Assembly: GCA_905331535.1 (NCBI GenBank)
Contig: CAJNZB010000017.1
Coordinates: 844,090-853,601 of the forward strand
Reading direction: 5' to 3'
Length of the DNA: 9,512 nt
From: Rotaria sp.
Lineage: Eukaryota
Made by a program: the position numbers and the translations under genes. The notes below the pieces were generated by a model, which searched no databases, was not told the origin of the DNA, and was given only the letters and a program-made list of their open reading frames with translations. How positions within the stretch are numbered: position 1 is the first letter of the stretch; the number at the start of each line of letters is the position of its first letter. Positions 6,763 through 9,512 of this stretch are shown piece after piece.

Positions 6763-6857
6763 GTACTCATGTATTTGTTGGTTGCATATTTACAAGTGCA
6801 TCAAAGATGGATCCACATGTTCAAAATCTTCTTAAAGAATTTAATGTTTCTAATTGA
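6763..6857 (+). CDS. MMADHC: MMADHC (cblD) homologue, exon 2 and stop
   Basis: Translates (G)THVFVGCIFTSASKMDPHVQNLLKEFNVSN*, compared with the human C-terminus [26 protein letters not shown]. TGA stop at 6855..6857. The two exons total 846 nt, giving 281 aa. Track ORF 6769..6984 is the wrong frame over this exon. Confidence 0.9.
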
Positions 6858-7021
6858 ACAAAGCGAACAAAAAAAAAAAGAACAAATCCCTTCACCTCTA
6901 GAAATTAAAGAACAAAAATTTGAACTAATTATTTTAAAATTATTTTTTAGAATCCATTCTCCAGCAATTTTGTCTTACAAGTAGCTCGCAAACAAAAATA
7001 CATATATTTATATTGCTTATC

Positions 7022-7037
7022 TATTATTATTATTATT
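7022..7037. repeat. (TAT)n / (ATT)n trinucleotide microsatellite
   Basis: TATTATTATTATTATT, read directly from the sequence. Confidence 0.9.
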
Positions 7038-7046
7038 CTTATTATA

Positions 7047-7056
7047 AATAAATAAA
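7047..7056 (+). terminator. Candidate poly(A) signals (two overlapping AATAAA) for the MMADHC homologue
   Basis: AATAAATAAA lies about 190 nt after the stop, and a second AATAAATAAA occurs at 7128..7137. Both sit in an AT-rich context, so specificity is low. Confidence 0.2.
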
Positions 7057-7559
7057 AGAAAATCTCTTTATCCATTTATGATTCAACTGAATAATTGAAC
7101 GAATATTTCGTTTTTCGAATTATTAATAATAAATAAAAGAGATGCTAATTATTACTATCAGACATATCTTTAAAAAATATCTATAAACACTTCAATGAGA
7201 CGTATTCTTGAACTTTGCACCTTGATAATATAAAGATGAAAAATATTCTTTCGCTTTTTCTATTTTCTTGATGAAAGTTTTGATACATTTATGATTTTTA
7301 AGACAGAAATCATCGTAGAAATAGTAAGTGATGTAACGGATTAGTATAAATAATTAAATTGTATTTCAATCTATCGAAATATAACAAAATGTTTGAACAC
7401 GTGATTATGATTAACCAATAGATGTATGCAGAAAAAAAATCTTGCACACAATTAAAAGTTTTTAGCAAATATAAGCTTCAGTATTTTAGAGATAAACCTT
7501 CAATGGTTATACTAAGTAATGACTACAAAGGACTGCATGCTATTTTTTCTTTCTTTCAG

Positions 7560-7575
7560 ATATATATATATATAT
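7560..7575. repeat. (AT)8 dinucleotide microsatellite
   Basis: ATATATATATATATAT, read directly from the sequence. Confidence 0.9.
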
Positions 7576-9295
7576 TTGAATTATGGCGTCATTTTCTTAT
7601 TTAGAAAACTATCATGCCTCAATATTGCATTATTGGAATAAAAAATGTGCAATCTGCTTCTATTACTCATCGTGAAATAAACGTGCCACTAAGGAATGTT
7701 CATTAGAATATCAACAAATTCATTCTAACATAAGAGTGAAAACGTTCGAGAACGGTCGCTGCAAGTAACGACCAAAGACTCTATTGGCTGATAAATTCAA
7801 CTTAATGATGAAATAATGCTTAAAAAAATTAATACAATATATGCTTGGTTAAATCCATATTATCAAGTAATCGCTCTCTTCATTGGCATGAGCTTACACA
7901 GCTTCTTTGCTACAAAAACAGGTCCGTATACAGTAGACCAAGCAATATCAAAATAATGAGTGAATACAGAAGAACATATGTCACATGTCCCTTTGCATTA
8001 CCATCGATATACCGTGGTATTCATAAGAGCTGATGGACAGTAGATTGTCGGTCAGAAAACAGTTATTGGCATACCATATTAGAATGCTCATGTAATTCAA
8101 ACTGTTAGTAGACCATTCGGTAAAACGTGGGACATATCAGTGATAGTGCGAACAAATATACAACATAGGTAATGGCTTCAGGATTGTCAACTGTTTAAAT
8201 ATCAAACTATTGATGATTAATTGCTGATATAGCGCACATTGTATCAAACGGTTTATCGATAGTTTTCATTTAGTTCGAATCATCTAAGTGGACATATAGA
8301 TGGCCTTGAAATACACTGTGAAGAAAAGATAAGTAAATAAATTTCGGTGAACTTGGACATTTTTCATGGAAAAAAGTGTTAAAATATGAAAAAGAGCTGA
8401 TGCTGTAAACCATTCCAACGATGTGCATAGAAAACAAATGTTTTTTTTTCTTTTAAAAGTAAATTAATGAAATTTCGCATTATGGTGCCATGTAGTACTT
8501 TCTCTCTCGACCAATAAAATATTTTATGAAATAATTCAGGTAGGTATATATCAAGACAAATATTCTGAGAACCAAATGTGCAAGATTTGTTTGTAAACAT
8601 CTGTATTACTATAATTTTCTACAGAATACGTCTAAATTATGAAATCTAAAGTATGAATAATCTGTGAGAAACATTTTCTTTTCTTTTCTGTGTGCTTATT
8701 TAGATGTATTTTTTTATCAATATTCTGACTCATGAGTTTTCTTTTTTATTCCGATAAGAATTAATTGATTCTATTGATGTAACAATCATGATTTATTTTC
8801 TATTATTTCTTTCTTCTGTTTTTTTTTATCTTTCTTTAAGATGAAATTTATAAAAGAAAAAATCTCATGCTTCAATTCGATGACATCATAATAAATGATT
8901 AATTTAACTCAATTATGGTCTAAACAAGTAAATTATCTTATATGGTAAAGAGGAAATTTATTTTTTTAATCAAACAGACATCTTTAATTTATTTCCTTTT
9001 CCTGAAATATTCTTCGTTTGCTGATGATATTTCCTTGTTTAAATATACATAATCAATGTCATTTTAGGATCAATAGTATTAAAATTTAACGAGATGACAT
9101 ATATGGATGTATATGCATAAACAAACAGTAAACGAAACGATAGAAAGGAAAGTCTTTTTCACATAAGTGGAAAAAACTTTGAAATAAAAAGAACCAATAT
9201 GCGTCTCTATAGAAAAAGAAATTAAGTGAGAAAGAAAAAAAAAGACTTATTCTCAGTCACCGACGCTTCACTCTGCGGCAAGCGTATTCCGCTAT

Positions 9296-9390
9296 TCTTT
9301 CTTTCTTTTTTTTTCTTTTTGCTCAATATTTATCATCGTTGTCTACACTTGTGCACACTGTTCTTTCTTTTTCTTTTTGATTTTTTACTT
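9296..9390. repeat. Pyrimidine-rich (CTTT/TTC-type) low-complexity tracts
   Basis: tctttctttctttttttttcttttt at 9296..9320 and ttctttctttttctttttgatttttt at 9361..9386. These tracts create the spurious F/L-rich track ORF 9226..9483. Confidence 0.7.
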
Positions 9391-9512
9391 GTCTCATTTA
9401 TTTTTATTAAAAGCTGTTTTGCTTTCTTATTGTTGACAGACGTCGCGTTCTTCAATCACTGTATTCTTATTATTGTTGTATAGAAATTCATTATAGGTAT
9501 ATTAAACCGATA

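Noticed and set aside
6769-6984. Track ORF (71 aa) downstream of the MMADHC ORF
   Set aside because: It is in the wrong frame over MMADHC exon 2 and continues into the 3' UTR. The correct frame gives the conserved THVFVGCIFT C-terminus and stops at 6857.
9021-9027. CTGATGA hammerhead-ribozyme core motif (checked because some flatworm SINEs carry hammerheads)
   Set aside because: No downstream GAAA core with complementary stems, and no cleavage-site helix. No other CTGATGAG-type core exists in the window.
9226-9483. Track ORF (85 aa), F/L-rich
   Set aside because: It is a translation artefact of CT-rich low-complexity DNA and has no domain-like sequence.
1-9512. CRISPR arrays, rRNA/tRNA genes, operons, toxin-antitoxin or defence-island-like gene clusters
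   Set aside because: There are no regularly spaced direct repeats, no conserved rRNA or tRNA structure, and no compact same-strand ORF packing. The only confident genes are two intron-containing eukaryotic housekeeping genes.

Overview
This window is AT-rich eukaryotic, metazoan-type nuclear DNA, not a prokaryotic locus. The two recognisable genes are interrupted by GT..AG introns, so the six-frame ORF track captures only fragments or intron read-throughs. Both genes are on the + strand. (1) A 4-exon gene at 1216..4401 encodes a 322-aa VIP36/VIPL-type (LMAN2 family) L-type lectin cargo receptor, with a signal peptide, a leguminous-lectin-like luminal domain, one C-terminal TM helix and a short tail ending RLY. 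(2) A 2-exon gene at 5958..6857 encodes a 281-aa homologue of MMADHC (cblD, cobalamin trafficking). The lectin gene has two mini-introns (56 and 67 nt) and one 2,094-nt intron. That large intron carries a 241-bp non-coding element with perfect CCCTTTGGCTAC inverted termini flanked by duplicated TTAA, the piggyBac-superfamily MITE signature. A 73-codon open frame runs off the 5' edge (2..223) and may be the last exon of an upstream gene. The remaining sequence is non-coding: intron 2, the 1.55-kb spacer, and 6858..9512. It contains short direct and inverted repeats, an 18-bp perfect palindrome, microsatellites and pyrimidine-rich low-complexity tracts. I found no rRNA, tRNA, CRISPR array, operon or defence-system-like organisation, and I cannot support a novel multi-gene system here. 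The most interesting items are the intronic MITE, AG acceptors abutting both start codons (5' UTR intron or spliced-leader trans-splicing), and the B12-trafficking gene in what looks like an AT-rich invertebrate genome. A flatworm or an AT-rich arthropod are both compatible, and the source organism cannot be determined from this window. Homology statements rest on protein sequences recalled from memory, not on a database search.
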